NCBI GenBank assembly: GCA_001642005.1
Contig: LWCA01000077.1
Span: forward strand, 1-59,801
Source of the DNA: Intoshia linei
Lineage: Eukaryota; Animalia; Orthonectida
Direction of reading: 5' to 3'
Length of the DNA stretch: 59,801 nt
Positions 26,594 to 40,000 of this stretch are shown here, piece after piece (within the stretch, counting starts at the first letter, position 1; the number at the start of each line of letters is the position of its first letter). Both the position numbers and the translations under genes were made by a program. The notes below the pieces were generated by a model that worked only from the letters and a program-made list of their open reading frames with translations, was not told the origin of the DNA and did no database searches.

Positions 26594-29500
26594 TTAGCTA
26601 GAATCCTGAATTAAATTGGAGATTGAGATTAAATAATTTTCTTTAAATTTCGGAGCCATAATTTGGATACCTATCGGGCAACTATGCGAATTTTGAGGTA
26701 TAGATATAGCAGGCAAACCTAAACAAATTGATACAATAAAATTATAATTTATACTGATAAAGAATTTAGTGTTACTAACAGTGTCAATATGTTTTAGTGC
26801 GTTATTAAAAGGGAGTTTAAAATTTTAATTTTTTGGATCCTACATAACTTTATAGATTGCATTATTTTTTATTGTAATGCATAAGTAAAGAATTTGTAAT
26901 ACAATGCAGAAACAAGCAACATTGATATGTGGGATTCCGTAAATTCCTAGTTGTGAGATGCTTACATCATATACAAAATTAAGGTGTTAATCTACCTAGA
27001 TGTAATCAAAAAAGTTAATATTAAAACTTATACACATACCCTTAAAATAAATAATTAAAACTAAAATAACCTGCAATATTAGCAAGTATTGTAAAAACTC
27101 CCATCTGTATATTTTTATCATCTTCGGATATTTTTTTCATATCATCTATTTTAGGTACATTTGACGGTAAGGTGGGACTAACAATGACATCCACGTCTTT
27201 AAATATATTTTGTATTTCATTAATTATAGATTGACGGATAGAACAAGCTTTTAAATATACATCTTTATAATTTCTAAAAAGTTTAATATAAATAAAGAAA
27301 CGTTATTATAATTATAAATTTGATATTTAAAAGTTAGACGAAAAAATGGTTTCTTTCAGTATTTATACTATTACTAAAATAATATATATAATTAGTATTA
27401 TATACTAATATAAAATAAAACTATTTCTGGGGATCTGTGAGATTTAAATGAAATATAAAAAAAATTTATCAACTTTTGTTAATTTTTAATATTTATTACA
27501 GATTTTCCAGATGTTTGGAATTCATCCTAAAGCCTAGACGACTGGTACATTATTATTTCAAAAATACCACTTTAAACCCTCAAGGGAAATCGACTTTTAC
27601 AGATGTCATTTTTAAAAATCCCCTTTTTCCAATATTTTTTTGAAAAAAACGATTTTACCAAATCTTATGAGAAAAACCATCAATTTTTTCATAAATGTTT
27701 TATATTTCATGTTTCCTTTGGACCCAAAAAAATAAATATTGTGAAATGGTGGTTTGTACACTATTTGAATCGGGAACCACTGTCTTAGACTAAGCTGGTT
27801 TTCATTTTATTACTGATAACCTTATAACTAACTGTAATAATCTAATTGTATTACCAAAATATGATCACTACATATTTTTTTACGTTCTTAGTTGATCAAT
27901 ATTAACAATTGATTCGATATGTTTATTGTTTTTTACGGGAGTCCTCATTTTCAGCAAAAAATGTAAGATAGATTCAGAAAAATAGGAAAGAGTCCCTCGT
28001 TAGGAGTATTATAGGGAACATTGCTCACTAGTCGAAAAATATACAAAACCAATCACCCATACTCAATTTAAAGTTTAAACATACTGTTCCTGTAAATAAA
28101 AATTTCCAGATAATATCCTTTCCTTGACGGTATTGCCTAAATATTCACTTCGAGTTGAAGCAGTTTCGTGAATAGCAGAATCATATTGATTAAATTTTCG
28201 ATCTATTTTGGTAAAATACAAAATTATCAATATCAAAAAACCACCAAACAATACGCCATTGAATCGCGACATATTTGAAGCAATTTCTGACATAACTGTT
28301 ACATTGTAGCATTCATAACCATATTTCATACTAGTGGATAATTGTATATTTTTGAAATGTTTAAATCCAATGTTTTTAAGATTATCAACAAAAAAATTAA
28401 ATTGCGTATTGACAGTGTTTGAAATTGTAAAATTTAGATAATTCTAAAGAGATTTAAATTTCTAAAACGTAACTGCAGTTTCAAGCTGAACATAAAATAC
28501 ATTACAAAATAGGGTTCTGCAACACGATCAAAACTTGGGGTAGTTGACGAGATTTTGAAAGTTTGTGTTCTAGTTCGGATAAAATTTACAATAATACCTT
28601 TGTTATTCATGAAATTTTAAAGTTGGTGTTAAATTTTCTGTCCGTGTTGCAGAACTTTATAACGAGAATCCCTTCCAAACGAAAAAATACATTCTGTTTT
28701 TAATGATGTACAATGAAATAAGTTAAGGTATTGTTGTTTTTCCACATATGAGAATAAAAACTTTTTTCCGTTTTTTACGGTTCATGGCGTAATGATGCTG
28801 AACTGAGGTAAAATTTTAAATAAAACTTCAACATAGTTTTTTTAACTCAGTACAGTACAACTAAGTACTTTTTAAATTTTCAAATCTCAGTAAGTACTTA
28901 GTAGTTGAAACAAATTCAGTAAAAAGTATTTTGTTTAAAATTTACTTTACATCACAACAATTATATAATAATTCCAATATACAATTTATAATTATTTTTA
29001 CATTTACAAATTATTTTAATGTTCAATTTTGAAAAATCAGACACCCATTTTACAAAAATTTCGATACGTCCTATTCCGTAAAGAGGATTGGTACGGTATG
29101 TTCGACAATGTTCGAAGGATTTGTAAAATTAGATTTTTTATTTTGTGTTGAAATAAAAGGGTTTTTTGTCCTAAGATTGGATGAAATCGGATTTTTCTTT
29201 TTTTCGATATAGTAAAATTGCATTTTTTATTTTGAGGTGGATTAAGATGACTTTTGACTTTTTAAAAATAATTTTGGAAAAACGATGTTTTTCCCTAAAA
29301 GATTGGTAAAAGTGAATTTTTTATTTTGGGGTTGGATTAAGTCAATTTTACCCTGAGGGTTTCAAATGGTATTTTTATTAAATTTTATTAATGGTGGGAT
29401 AAAAGTAGGATTTTTGAAATAATAATGTAACGGTAGTCTAGGCTTTGGGATAAAATCCCAACACTGGCAAATCTGCAAAATCTATGTAAAATATTTAAAG

Positions 29501-31582
29501 TACTCAGTACAAATTTTATAAAACTCAGTAAAAGTAATTTTTGAAAATTCAGTACAAAAAAGTTGAACATACTCTCCAAACTTCCATTTTTTTAATTATA
29601 GTGATAATTATGATTTATTTACATGAAGCAGAGAATATTCTATCCTTAAAGTGAAATGGACTCATACACGTATATTTTAAATTTATCCCATTTTATCATG
29701 GTACTCGGTTGGCTGACATCAGTTTGATAGTGTAGTTTCTGTCATGATTCCAATTTATAATATAAAAGACAAACCTTATCCAATATTCCAATTTTAAAAT
29801 CATTGATGGACAAACTTTGTTCTTTATATGTCACGTCAACGCTAGTAGAATCATTTTTATCATGGCCGGATAATATGTCTAAAAATAAATAAAAAAATAC
29901 AAAAGTAAACCCATTAAAAGTAATAAATCTTGAGGAGAATTTACAAAAAAACCCGGAGTATCATATGAATTAGCCATGGGAATAATTCCATATCTAAAAA
30001 ATTTTGATAAAAGAAATAACATAACTAAAAAAAACGTAAATAACCTTGAAAATCGACCATATGTTGGTTTAAAACCATAAACGCCACACATGGAAGCTGG
30101 ATTTCTCACTAAATCATAAAATCTAAACTACAATAATAAAACCTGATCCACCCGTGTCAGATCCCAAAGAACTAAATTTGATATAAAACAGTATAATTTT
30201 AGAATACAATGGAACTAAATTAGCAGCTACAGCAGCTGAGCTTCCTCCCGAACTTCCACCGGCTGATAAAATTCCTTCTGCATCTAAAAAACACGTTAGT
30301 CCATTTGAAGTTTTAGACAGTTTGATACATTCTGTTTTATGGCGAACATTCATTTGAGCGACATAATCATCGATTTTTATCATATTATTTACTTTTTCAC
30401 GAAATTTTGGTAGGTTTCTTCAGGGAAAATGTTTTTGCCAATTTTAAACATTTTGAAAATAATTTTGGGACCTAAATTTTGTAGGATTTTTAAGGGAATT
30501 TTTTTTCTCGATTTTTAAAGATAATTTTGAGATCAAATTTTAGTTGGGTTTTTAAATAAAGTTTTTTTTACCCAATTTTATATGTATAGACGATAATCTT
30601 GGGACCTAGATTTGATAGTCTTTTTAAAGGAACATTTTTTTAATATTTCGAAGATAATTTTTGGATTATAATTTTGTCGGGGTTTTAAGGGAATATTTTT
30701 AACTTTTTATGGGATCTTAAAAAATTTTTGAAAAAGATTTATTCTACGTCACGGACCCAAATCGAGGAATATTAATATAATGTTTACTTTTCCTTGTAAA
30801 GTTTATAAAAATAGATTTTTCTCCAAGTTTGATTAGAAAGGTTAATTAGGTTCAGTAAAACAAAACTACACACTTTAAAATGTACACTTTATTCTTCAGA
30901 CACTTGAAACCTGTAACAAACTGCATTTAAAATACAAAAAATTATGAAATAAAAAAATTAAACCTGAATATGGATTGGTAACTGGTCCATATATCCCAGA
31001 TGTGGATGTACTTCTGAATTCAAATTTGTAAATTTATTATTGAATTGAATTATTTCAAATACCCCATAGAAAATTCGTCCATATTTGTCTTAGCAATTAA
31101 AATGGCTCCTTCATCCTGCAGTGATTTTACCAAAGTTGCGTTAAAATCTGGTTGATATTCAGCTAATAATTTTGAACAGCATGTGGTTTTGATATCTCGA
31201 GTGCAATAATTATCCTTTACCATAAAAGGAACGCATTTTAGCCTTAAATTTCTTTTGTCTATTAATTTAATCAATTTGGTTGATTAAAAATACACCTGCA
31301 TTATATATGACTTGATTATAATTTCTCATAATATCATGATCGCTTTTCAAATTGACAATACAATTATAATCATCTTTGTTTATAATTTTTTTTACATAAT
31401 CCAAATATTGATTTGCATTTTTAATTCTTTCAATAACATCTTTGCACTACTTAAAAAATAAAATAATAACTTGTATTATATAATTAAATTTTAATCAAAA
31501 TTAGTAAAGATTTAAATTTTTATTAAAATTATCTAATTTGACCTTTCCCGGCATTTAAAATTAATTATGTACTTATTACCAT
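26594..31582 (-). CDS. QRSL1: Glutamyl-tRNA(Gln) amidotransferase subunit A, mitochondrial (GatA)
   Basis: Amidase signature [93 protein letters not shown]. Start ATG at 31582 or 31554, spliced to 31446. Confidence 0.93.
28511..28659. mobile_element. Small MITE (ttctgcaacacg family)
   Basis: Inverted ends agggttctgcaacacg / cgtgttgcagaact. A second copy in the opposite orientation at ~44571-44717 shares gttgacgagattttgaaa. Confidence 0.65.
30420..30720 (-). repeat. Intronic degenerate tandem repeat, same family as 6540-6905
   Basis: Repeated aattttgtaggatttttaaggg-like units. Confidence 0.65.
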
Positions 31583-31631
31583 ATTTATTGATAGAGTTGA
31601 CAGTTTCATCGAGCGATAATTTGTTTATAAA

Positions 31632-34600
31632 ATGAAATTATTTCATCATCAAAACTGTCAGAATTACAATTATAAAAATTTAAAACTTGTCCCATGGAAT
31701 AATATGTATGATATTCATCAATATTTGTATTACTTTCTATGTTTAATTATGTTAATATTAATTAATAATGTTATTATAAAATTCTTAATTCTTACTGTAA
31801 ATGATCCAGTAAACTTACTTTTCTTTTTATTTTAGGGATGAATGGAGCATTACATCATATAATTTATTATCCCATAATGATGATTTAATTAAAAAATCTC
31901 TTAAGCAATTACTAATGTGGCAAGCAAAGGTGTGTAATATTCCAGTGGGCATGGTATGCACGATTGAATTATTTTCAAGTTATCTACTCTATACTGAGGA
32001 ATTTGACAGCACAAATTTTATTCTGTCAGCATCCATGGCTGTTGCAAGATTCGTGAATTTAGTAACTGAAAAAATGTACGACACACGGAGAGAAAATTCA
32101 AAGCCGATTCATGTTTTAGCGAGAATGGTATACTTTTTTATATATTAATACTAAACACCTATTTAGTGTAATATTGAAAATTGGATTGTTGATGTAATTT
32201 TATTTACAGGATTTATTTTCCAAAACTAAAATACCAAAGTGAAGTGTCGTTTCAGGGTTCATTAGTCACATAATTGATTTTTTCTATTTATTCAGAGGTA
32301 CAGGGATCTTCACATGTCACAAGATAACACTATCTTTATAAATAACTTTCGGTTAGTTTGAAAATCTGTTCTGTCATGTACAATACGGAATTCAAATAAT
32401 AAAATTGTCTACAAGCAAGTCGAAAGTGTTGGAATTAATGTATAAAATTTATTATTTTAGATTCGACATTCTTCTTCACATGGTAGATTGCCTTCACCGG
32501 CTTGTTTGAAAGAAGCCATTAAATATGCAATTGATTATTTGATAGTTTTTATAATTTTTTCCATTTTTATACATCTCTTTAAGGAAAATTATTGGCAATC
32601 TGAATGTACATTTTACTTGAATTTAAAGTGTAATCCAGAAATTTTGAAGGAATTTTATAAAATGTATACGAATATAAAATATTCTGTAAGTTTAATTTTA
32701 AATGGAAGTATATTGTAGCGCAGGGTTCACTCCTTCTTTTAAAGGGCCACATTTCCTCCAATATTACTTATATTTACTTACACCCCTAGATAGGGTTACC
32801 AACATTAAGTTATCCTCAACCCGAATTTTCGAACTTCGCTCAAAAATTGGCTGAAGCGCAGCGAAGTGTGTTATTTTTTTGGGTCTCTTTTTCAAAAAAT
32901 AACAGTTTACACATAATTTTTATTGCAAATTTCAAAATGAATACTTTGAATTTTATATTATAATAGTGAGTTTTAAGAGTGAGTTATAATATGAGTGAAA
33001 TAATTAAATTACCTTGAGAAATATCACTTAACCCTGAATTGAATTTAAAAACCCGAAGTCTCAGGGGGAAAATAACGCAGTTGGCAACCCTACCTACTAC
33101 CCCTAGAGGACACATATTTTTTTGAAAACATTTGTTTGTTACTGTTAAACAGTACTTAGCTCTGCCGAGGACGGACTTTTTAATTTCACGAAAAAATAAA
33201 TAATAAAATCTTACACAAAAATGCAAGTATTTACTTACCATCTAAAGGAGTGGTTCCCAACTTTCATTCATTACGGACTTACGTCCGTGATGAGCAAACT
33301 CTAATCTCAAAGCAGATGGACATTTTTGGCCCATGGAAAAATTTTTCCTTAAATTTGGTAAAATTGTATTTTTTAAAAAAATATTGGAAAAAGGGCATTT
33401 TTAACTGTAAGATTGAATCTTTTTTTTTAGGGTTGGATTGAGATGTGTTTATTGGATGGTTTGGTAAAATTGCAATTTTCAAAAAAAAAATTAGATAAAG
33501 TCGATTTCTCCCTTAAGGGTTGGTAAACTTGGATTTTTTTCGTTTAAGGTTGGATTGAGACAATTTTTCAAAACAATATTACAAAGTTGATTTTCTCTTG
33601 GATTTAGTGTTGTTTTTTCCTTAATGATATTAACAATGTAAATTAATTATTGAAATAATACATTACTTTAGCGTAATTATATAGCGTGGATTCTTTGAGA
33701 ATCAATTTTATAATATGATCTTAAAAATATGGTAATTCTAGTTACAACTCTAAAAATTGTCATAAATACCTGTTGTAAATACTACTATCTAGAAAATACA
33801 TATTAAGTATTCTTTATCGACTTGTAAAGAATATTTTGTATAAATAATTGTCGCATACCAAAATCGTAACTTCAAATCGATTCTAGACCTGAGAGTCGAT
33901 ACGTACGCGCTGCAGGGTTCTACATTTAATTTTTGTACTATTTTGTTAAGGATAATGAAATTGCTTTGATCAAATTGGGTGGAGAAATTGAAAATTCCAT
34001 TTTAATATGGTAAATCTAAAATCTTTGAAACATATTTATATAGTTCTGACGCTTTACATTTGCTGTCGGAGACTTTTTTTCAAACGACCGAGGCAGAAAA
34101 ATTTTACAATATAATAAGTGACATTTATGGTATAGCGTAGTATTTTTATTTTTGATTATATTACTTAGAAAATGATACACCTATCCCGTTAGAAGTGGAG
34201 ATTCATGTTAACGAAATGAAAGAATTGATTTCAATTTTTTCAAAGTACATTAGAAGATATAATTTAACCTTAATTTTAATAAAATATCACATAAACCACA
34301 TTATATCTCGGAAAATATCCTTTAAAATCGTTTGTGCTTTTACTATGGCAGGTATAAGCATAAATTATAAACGATCTTAAATTAATTTGATTATTAACCC
34401 TTTGACACGAAACTCCACCTATACGTGTAGTTTTAAAATCTAAAATATTAAAGACTCCACATATGCGTGGAGTCGTAATATGAACAGTTTAAAAACACGC
34501 CCATTTTATTTTAAATTTCAGCATTTTTAATTTCGATTTCCTAAACATTAACTTTAATTATTTAAAAAGGAGTTTTTGAGTAATTTTTTAACCAAATTTT

Positions 34601-35246
34601 AACATTTGATGTGGTGCGTAATACAATTTAATGGACGTATTTATATAATTTTAATTGTTCATATTTAACAAGTGACATTTCGCTTTTATCATTTTTGCAT
34701 TTGTTCTTTTACAATGAAAAAACATCGCGATATGTCAAAGGGTTAAATTGATGATTTTGAATGATTAAATTGTAAAAAATTTATTTTTTAGCCAAGGAAG
34801 ATGAAAAAATGGAATTAAATGTTACATTTTTACAAAATGAATCAAATATTGGATCTAAACTTTACAAATTTTTAATTAAATTGTATGGTTATTTTAATAA
34901 TTGTAAATTATATTTCAGATTAAAATATAACGAACAAAAAAGTGAACTTATCATGCAACCCCCTACAAATAAGTGGATATCTACTGAGAATTGGGGTAAA
35001 CTCTCAAGTTTAATGTATACATCATATTTAGATATAAATTGGTGTTATTATCCAATAGGTTATGAATTTAGTGAAAATGACTCAATACACCAATTTATAA
35101 ACCAAACACAAATGTAAGTATATATAAGTTAATTGTTCCTAAATTTTGCTCATTATGAATGATAAACTACAATTTTGATTAGACCAAACTATGAACCAAA
35201 TATCGACATGCATTCTTCAATTAATCGTGATATAAAGTTACTTTAA
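31632..35246 (+). CDS. LAS1L: Ribosome biogenesis endonuclease LAS1L (HEPN)
   Basis: LVPW..DEW; MWQAK; CTIEL; SMAVARFVNLV; WIVD|IRHSSSHGRLPS (RHxxxH HEPN motif); ENYW; W..YPIG; ends IKLL*. Confidence 0.88.
32791..33092. mobile_element. hAT-type MITE (TAGGGTTRCCA ends) in a LAS1L intron
   Basis: tagggttaccaac / gttggcaacccta inverted ends; the TSD is not cleanly adjacent. Confidence 0.6.
34398..34742. mobile_element. piggyBac-type MITE in a LAS1L intron
   Basis: TTAA|ccctttgaca ... tgtcaaaggg|TTAA: perfect 10-bp TIRs with TTAA target duplication. Confidence 0.85.
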
Positions 35247-35263
35247 AAAGTTTATATTGTACT

Positions 35264-36851
35264 TTATACTATTTTTAATACAATTTCAATATTCACTTGA
35301 GGATTAATTATTTTTTCTATATTTTGTACTATTCTTAATTCACTTGAGAACGAAGGATCTAATAATTTTATCATTATTTTGATTAACTAAATTCGTTTAC
35401 TTTTTGATGTGTCAAAATGATTTTTGGTATCTTTCAGTATTGTTTGCATTGTAGATAAAGATATACTAATTGTTTTCTAAAATAACATTTTAAAGAAAAA
35501 AATTCGATGCAAACTTTCAGGTCTCCATTCAATCGCAAGTACCAACCCAATAATAAAGCGCTCAGTAAATCTCCGGATCCAACAAATCTCAAATCTACAT
35601 AATCCAAATCACAACTATATATCTGAAATTGATCATCTTCTTAAAATTGTAATTATAGTCGTTTATCAAATTTACAAACCTTTCTGTGATGCATAAAATC
35701 TATATTTGTCAAATTTTACACTAGTGATGACAACAATTTTGGGGCCCAGCGAGTGTAACTTTTGAATACAAATGATAACATCTGATTCATTCTTTATTTT
35801 CATATTTGTGAGTAATCTAAGAATCTTAATTATAAATTATACTTTTTTATTCTATCGTTTACTCTGCTTCAAATTGATTCGGAGTTATTATGTTAGCAAT
35901 GGGTATAAGGTTATTTTTGTACACATCAATGAGTGATGAATCAACGTACTAAATTACATTTAGATAAAAATTTAGCACCACATTATTGGTATTCCAAAAT
36001 TTAACGTATTTCTATCAATTGTAATAACTTAACTATTTTTCTCACCAAATGTATATTTATTAAAATTTATTTTGATTCTTAATTTTTTTGTATGACCCTG
36101 GAGGATAAAAAAATAAAACACACCACTAGTGATTATTCCTAGAATGTCGCATTCCATTCTGGAAATGATTGAAATACTTTCAATTTCATAATTATAAAAC
36201 TTATTTATAGACTTTTGATAATGTATTAAATAAGGGAATACTTTAATCAATATTGGTTCAACAAACTTAAAAATGTACATTTCAGTACAATTGACATTGA
36301 TATTTTAAAACAAACAAACCATACCAATTTACCTTCGTCTCCTAAAACTGGATCACATACTAAATATAAATGTATAAAATTATTAAAATTAACCATATAT
36401 AAATTTAATTCCATTTTTTCTCGTTTCATGAATAGTCTCATGTAAAGTTTTGAGATACTCGCTACTGTGAACGTATCCTATATTTTGGTAATGATTACAA
36501 TTATATTTTAAAACCAGATAATATGGCATCATAATTGTTTAATTTGTTATTGTTGAGGCCTTGACACAATTCGAGCAATTCATTCGGTTGACCAATTCTT
36601 CCACTAAATGATGAATATCCTAAAAATTTTACATTGATACATATTGGTAAAACCAGTGTGATTTGAAAACTGAACAGTATTGATAGAGTCTGTAATTATT
36701 CCCAAACACTAAAAGATTATATAACTGTTCATGGCTAATCGATATTGATTGAGTCAATCAACTCGTATAATACCTGTAATGTTATAGTACTGCATTTGTT
36801 TCCGACATATCCACTGACGACATGACTTTGGATGGATAAAACTCTAGTCAT
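35264..36851 (-). CDS. PDXK: Pyridoxal kinase
   Basis: [19 protein letters not shown]; [11 protein letters not shown]; [14 protein letters not shown]; TPNQFEAE; FVGSGDL; ELRIVQN. Confidence 0.95.
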
Positions 36852-37068
36852 GGGGTTTATATTTAGAATAAATTATAAATAAGCTTAAATTTTTTAAATA
36901 AATAGAAAATAATAAAATCTTTTCAAACGCTTTATAATTGAACAAGAAGATTCATTGTTGCACACAAGTTACTATGATAAATATAGTATATCGACAATGT
37001 ACGACGTACATTGTACGTATAAATACTTTTAAATTGAAAAAGTTTTAAATTTATTACGTTATAATACA

Positions 37069-40000
37069 TTAGGTTATTTCGTTGTAATCTGAATTGGTTT
37101 GTTCTTGGATAAAAGATAGGAAATGTTTGAGCGTTTCTTTGTTGTATAGTGTTTCTAAATTCTTTAATCCATCAACAGACCAGCAATCATTTTCATCTAA
37201 TATTTAAAATTAATAAAAATAATTGATTAATCAAAACCATTTTCACTGTCAATGTCTTGATCTTCGTTGTTGGCAATTTTGCCACTAATCACATTAGTGG
37301 ATACAAAAGAAGCGGGAACAGTCCAATATGCCTGATTTGCTATAAAATATATTAATATTGAAATACAGACTAACAGCGTATATTTCAATGATTTTAACAA
37401 TTATGTTTTTTTTATGGTTTAACAAAAATCGAAAGTATTTTTCATAACTGCAACACGTAAGACTGAAGATTTATTCCATAGGCCAGTAAAATGTGAAAAT
37501 TAAAAAACTCGAGATCAATAGTTTCACTGCCCGCTCGCGGACAGCTTAATGAATTTTAGGCCTGACTTAAAAAAATTAATAAAATACACCTTCGTGTTTA
37601 GATTGCTTAACCAGTTTAATTTTTTTTCTATTTTCATCTAAACAAAAATTAAAAAAAATGCAATTTTTGTCAATTTTACAAAATTTTCTAATTTCTTTCA
37701 ATTGCAACTCTGACATGTATAATGAACTCAAACATCTTTCCTTCCCTTTCTTTTTACGTGAAACAACTTTGGTTGATGATACAAAATCTTCACAAGATTT
37801 CTAAAAAATAAATGTAATCATCATAAAATATATCAAAATTTTAAAAATAAATTTCGTGGAATCTCAAATCTTTTAAAGCTGCGTCTAGCCTACATCATAT
37901 GTTTGGAACAAAATAAAATAGTCATTTTTCCAAAGTGAATTAAAAGTGATTCCAAAAAGTTTAAAATGGTACATGATGCTCTTTAAAATACACTAAAGCC
38001 TAATTACTCTAATTTATACGTGGTTCTGCATGACAGTAATCTAGATATGCGAAATTGACGAAAACATTAATACGTTGGAAATTATTTAAAATATCTACCC
38101 TGAAAGCCGAGAAAATACATATGCTGGGATTTCGCACAGCTACTATGTACTAGAAATCAATGCAAATATGAACACATCATTTCTAAATACCAAAAATTTA
38201 CAAAAGAACCTTCTTTAAGAAAACCACATAACAAATTATTGTAACGAAAAAATTAACTTATTACTAATGAGTTTTAAACTGTCTTGTGTAAAAATACAAT
38301 TTGCTTCTCGGTCGTCAATACGAATTCTTGGTTAAATTTCGTTACAGGTGATTTTAAAAAAATATCATACTATACACTGCTTTCTAGTCTCACCGGATAT
38401 TAAAATACCAATACTAGGGAACGATTTCCTAAGTCTCCACAACGTTGAAATTAGAAGAAATCCAACACGTCTAGTGATTTTGCATCCACTTAAAATGAAC
38501 AACGTTGAAATTATATTTAGCTGTAAATACAAAAACCGTTCATGAAACTGTAAATACACCATTCAAGAATTTAGTAAATAATAATCTAAAAATATGAAAC
38601 CGGCCTCAGTAAATGGACAAATTTTAAATTGAATTAAATCCAAACGTTCCACCGGTAATGGCACGCGCGTATCTTCTACCAATACATAAAAGAAAAAAAT
38701 GCAGTTATCAAATAAAGGAAACGAAGAAACAAAAAATAATTAACTATCCAAAATTAATTTTCGTAGTTCATGTTTAATTGTAAAGAAAAAGGACGACAGC
38801 GATCATTTATGTGTAGATCATAGAAACTTAAACTTCATAACTAAAAAGGATTCTTATCCAACCTCTAACCAAAAAGATTTATTTGATCAGCTTGCAGGAA
38901 ACGCAATTTTCTCAGTATTGAATAAGGATGACAGAGAAAAAATTGCCTTTTCCATGGGTTACAAAGGACAATTATATCAATTTATTGTCTTATCTTTCGA
39001 TGTAAAAAACGGACCAGGTGCATGTCAACGTTTAATAAATTCCTTCTTGGATGACCTACCATTCGCACACGGCTACATGGATGGCATTGTGATAGCTTCT
39101 AAAAGTGTTAAAGAACATTTCAAACACTTGGAAATATTATTTGCACGAATTAAACACAAAGGTATCAATCTCAAACCAACAAAATGTCACATAGGACTCA
39201 ACCAATTAAAATTCTTCGGTCATGTTATCGACGCTTCAGGAATAAGAGTGGATTCAGATAAAATCCTAAGCGTTTCAAAAATATCTATTCCAAAATCCTC
39301 TGATAAAACTCAACGATTTTTAGGTGTTGCAAGTTATCATATAATAATATACTACACTAATAGTAAATAATTCACTTTAAATTAAAAGATAATGTTAAAT
39401 GACCGGTCCGTGGTGATACAAGTTTGGGAACCACTCTTTTAATGGATTCATAATAATGAATAATAGAATATTTAATTTAGATTTTCTTATTTAATATATA
39501 TTTTTGTACAAATAAAAAATAGCGCCCAAGGTAGATCTAGGTGCTGTTTATACGAACTACATAGCAGTTAACCCAGAATAATGATAATATAAATTACCCT
39601 TGCATTAGTGTAACGTTTTGAAGAACTTTGAGAGTTTGATTCAAATCGCAATGCATTAAGTTTACCTTGAGAGTCTTTTGAGTTTTGTGAATTTTCGTTG
39701 GATTTTATGCTATCCGATTTTTTTAATTCCAAATTAATTTGAAATTGCGGAACAATACTTGTTGAATATAGTTTCATCTTGGAAGGTAACGTTTTACGAC
39801 AACTATGACATAAAAAGTTTTGAGCTTCACGGATTGTTATAGGTTTGCATTTATATTTTTCAGACAATTCAAAAGAGGAGGCTACTGTACGCATATTGTC
39901 TCTTTTAGATTTATTCTAAATAAATGTTACTATTACATTCAATATATTAACCATTACGTATGTTTCCGTGATACGAACCCTTTAAATGTTCCATATACGT

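Noticed and set aside
27070-27273. Suspected frameshift in the QRSL1 exon at an A-run
   Set aside because: A recount shows the frame is continuous ([24 protein letters not shown]).
38302-38320. gcttctcgg resembling the U2 snRNA 5' end
   Set aside because: No branch-pairing GTGTAGTA or Sm site follows; it lies at the edge of the gypsy remnant.
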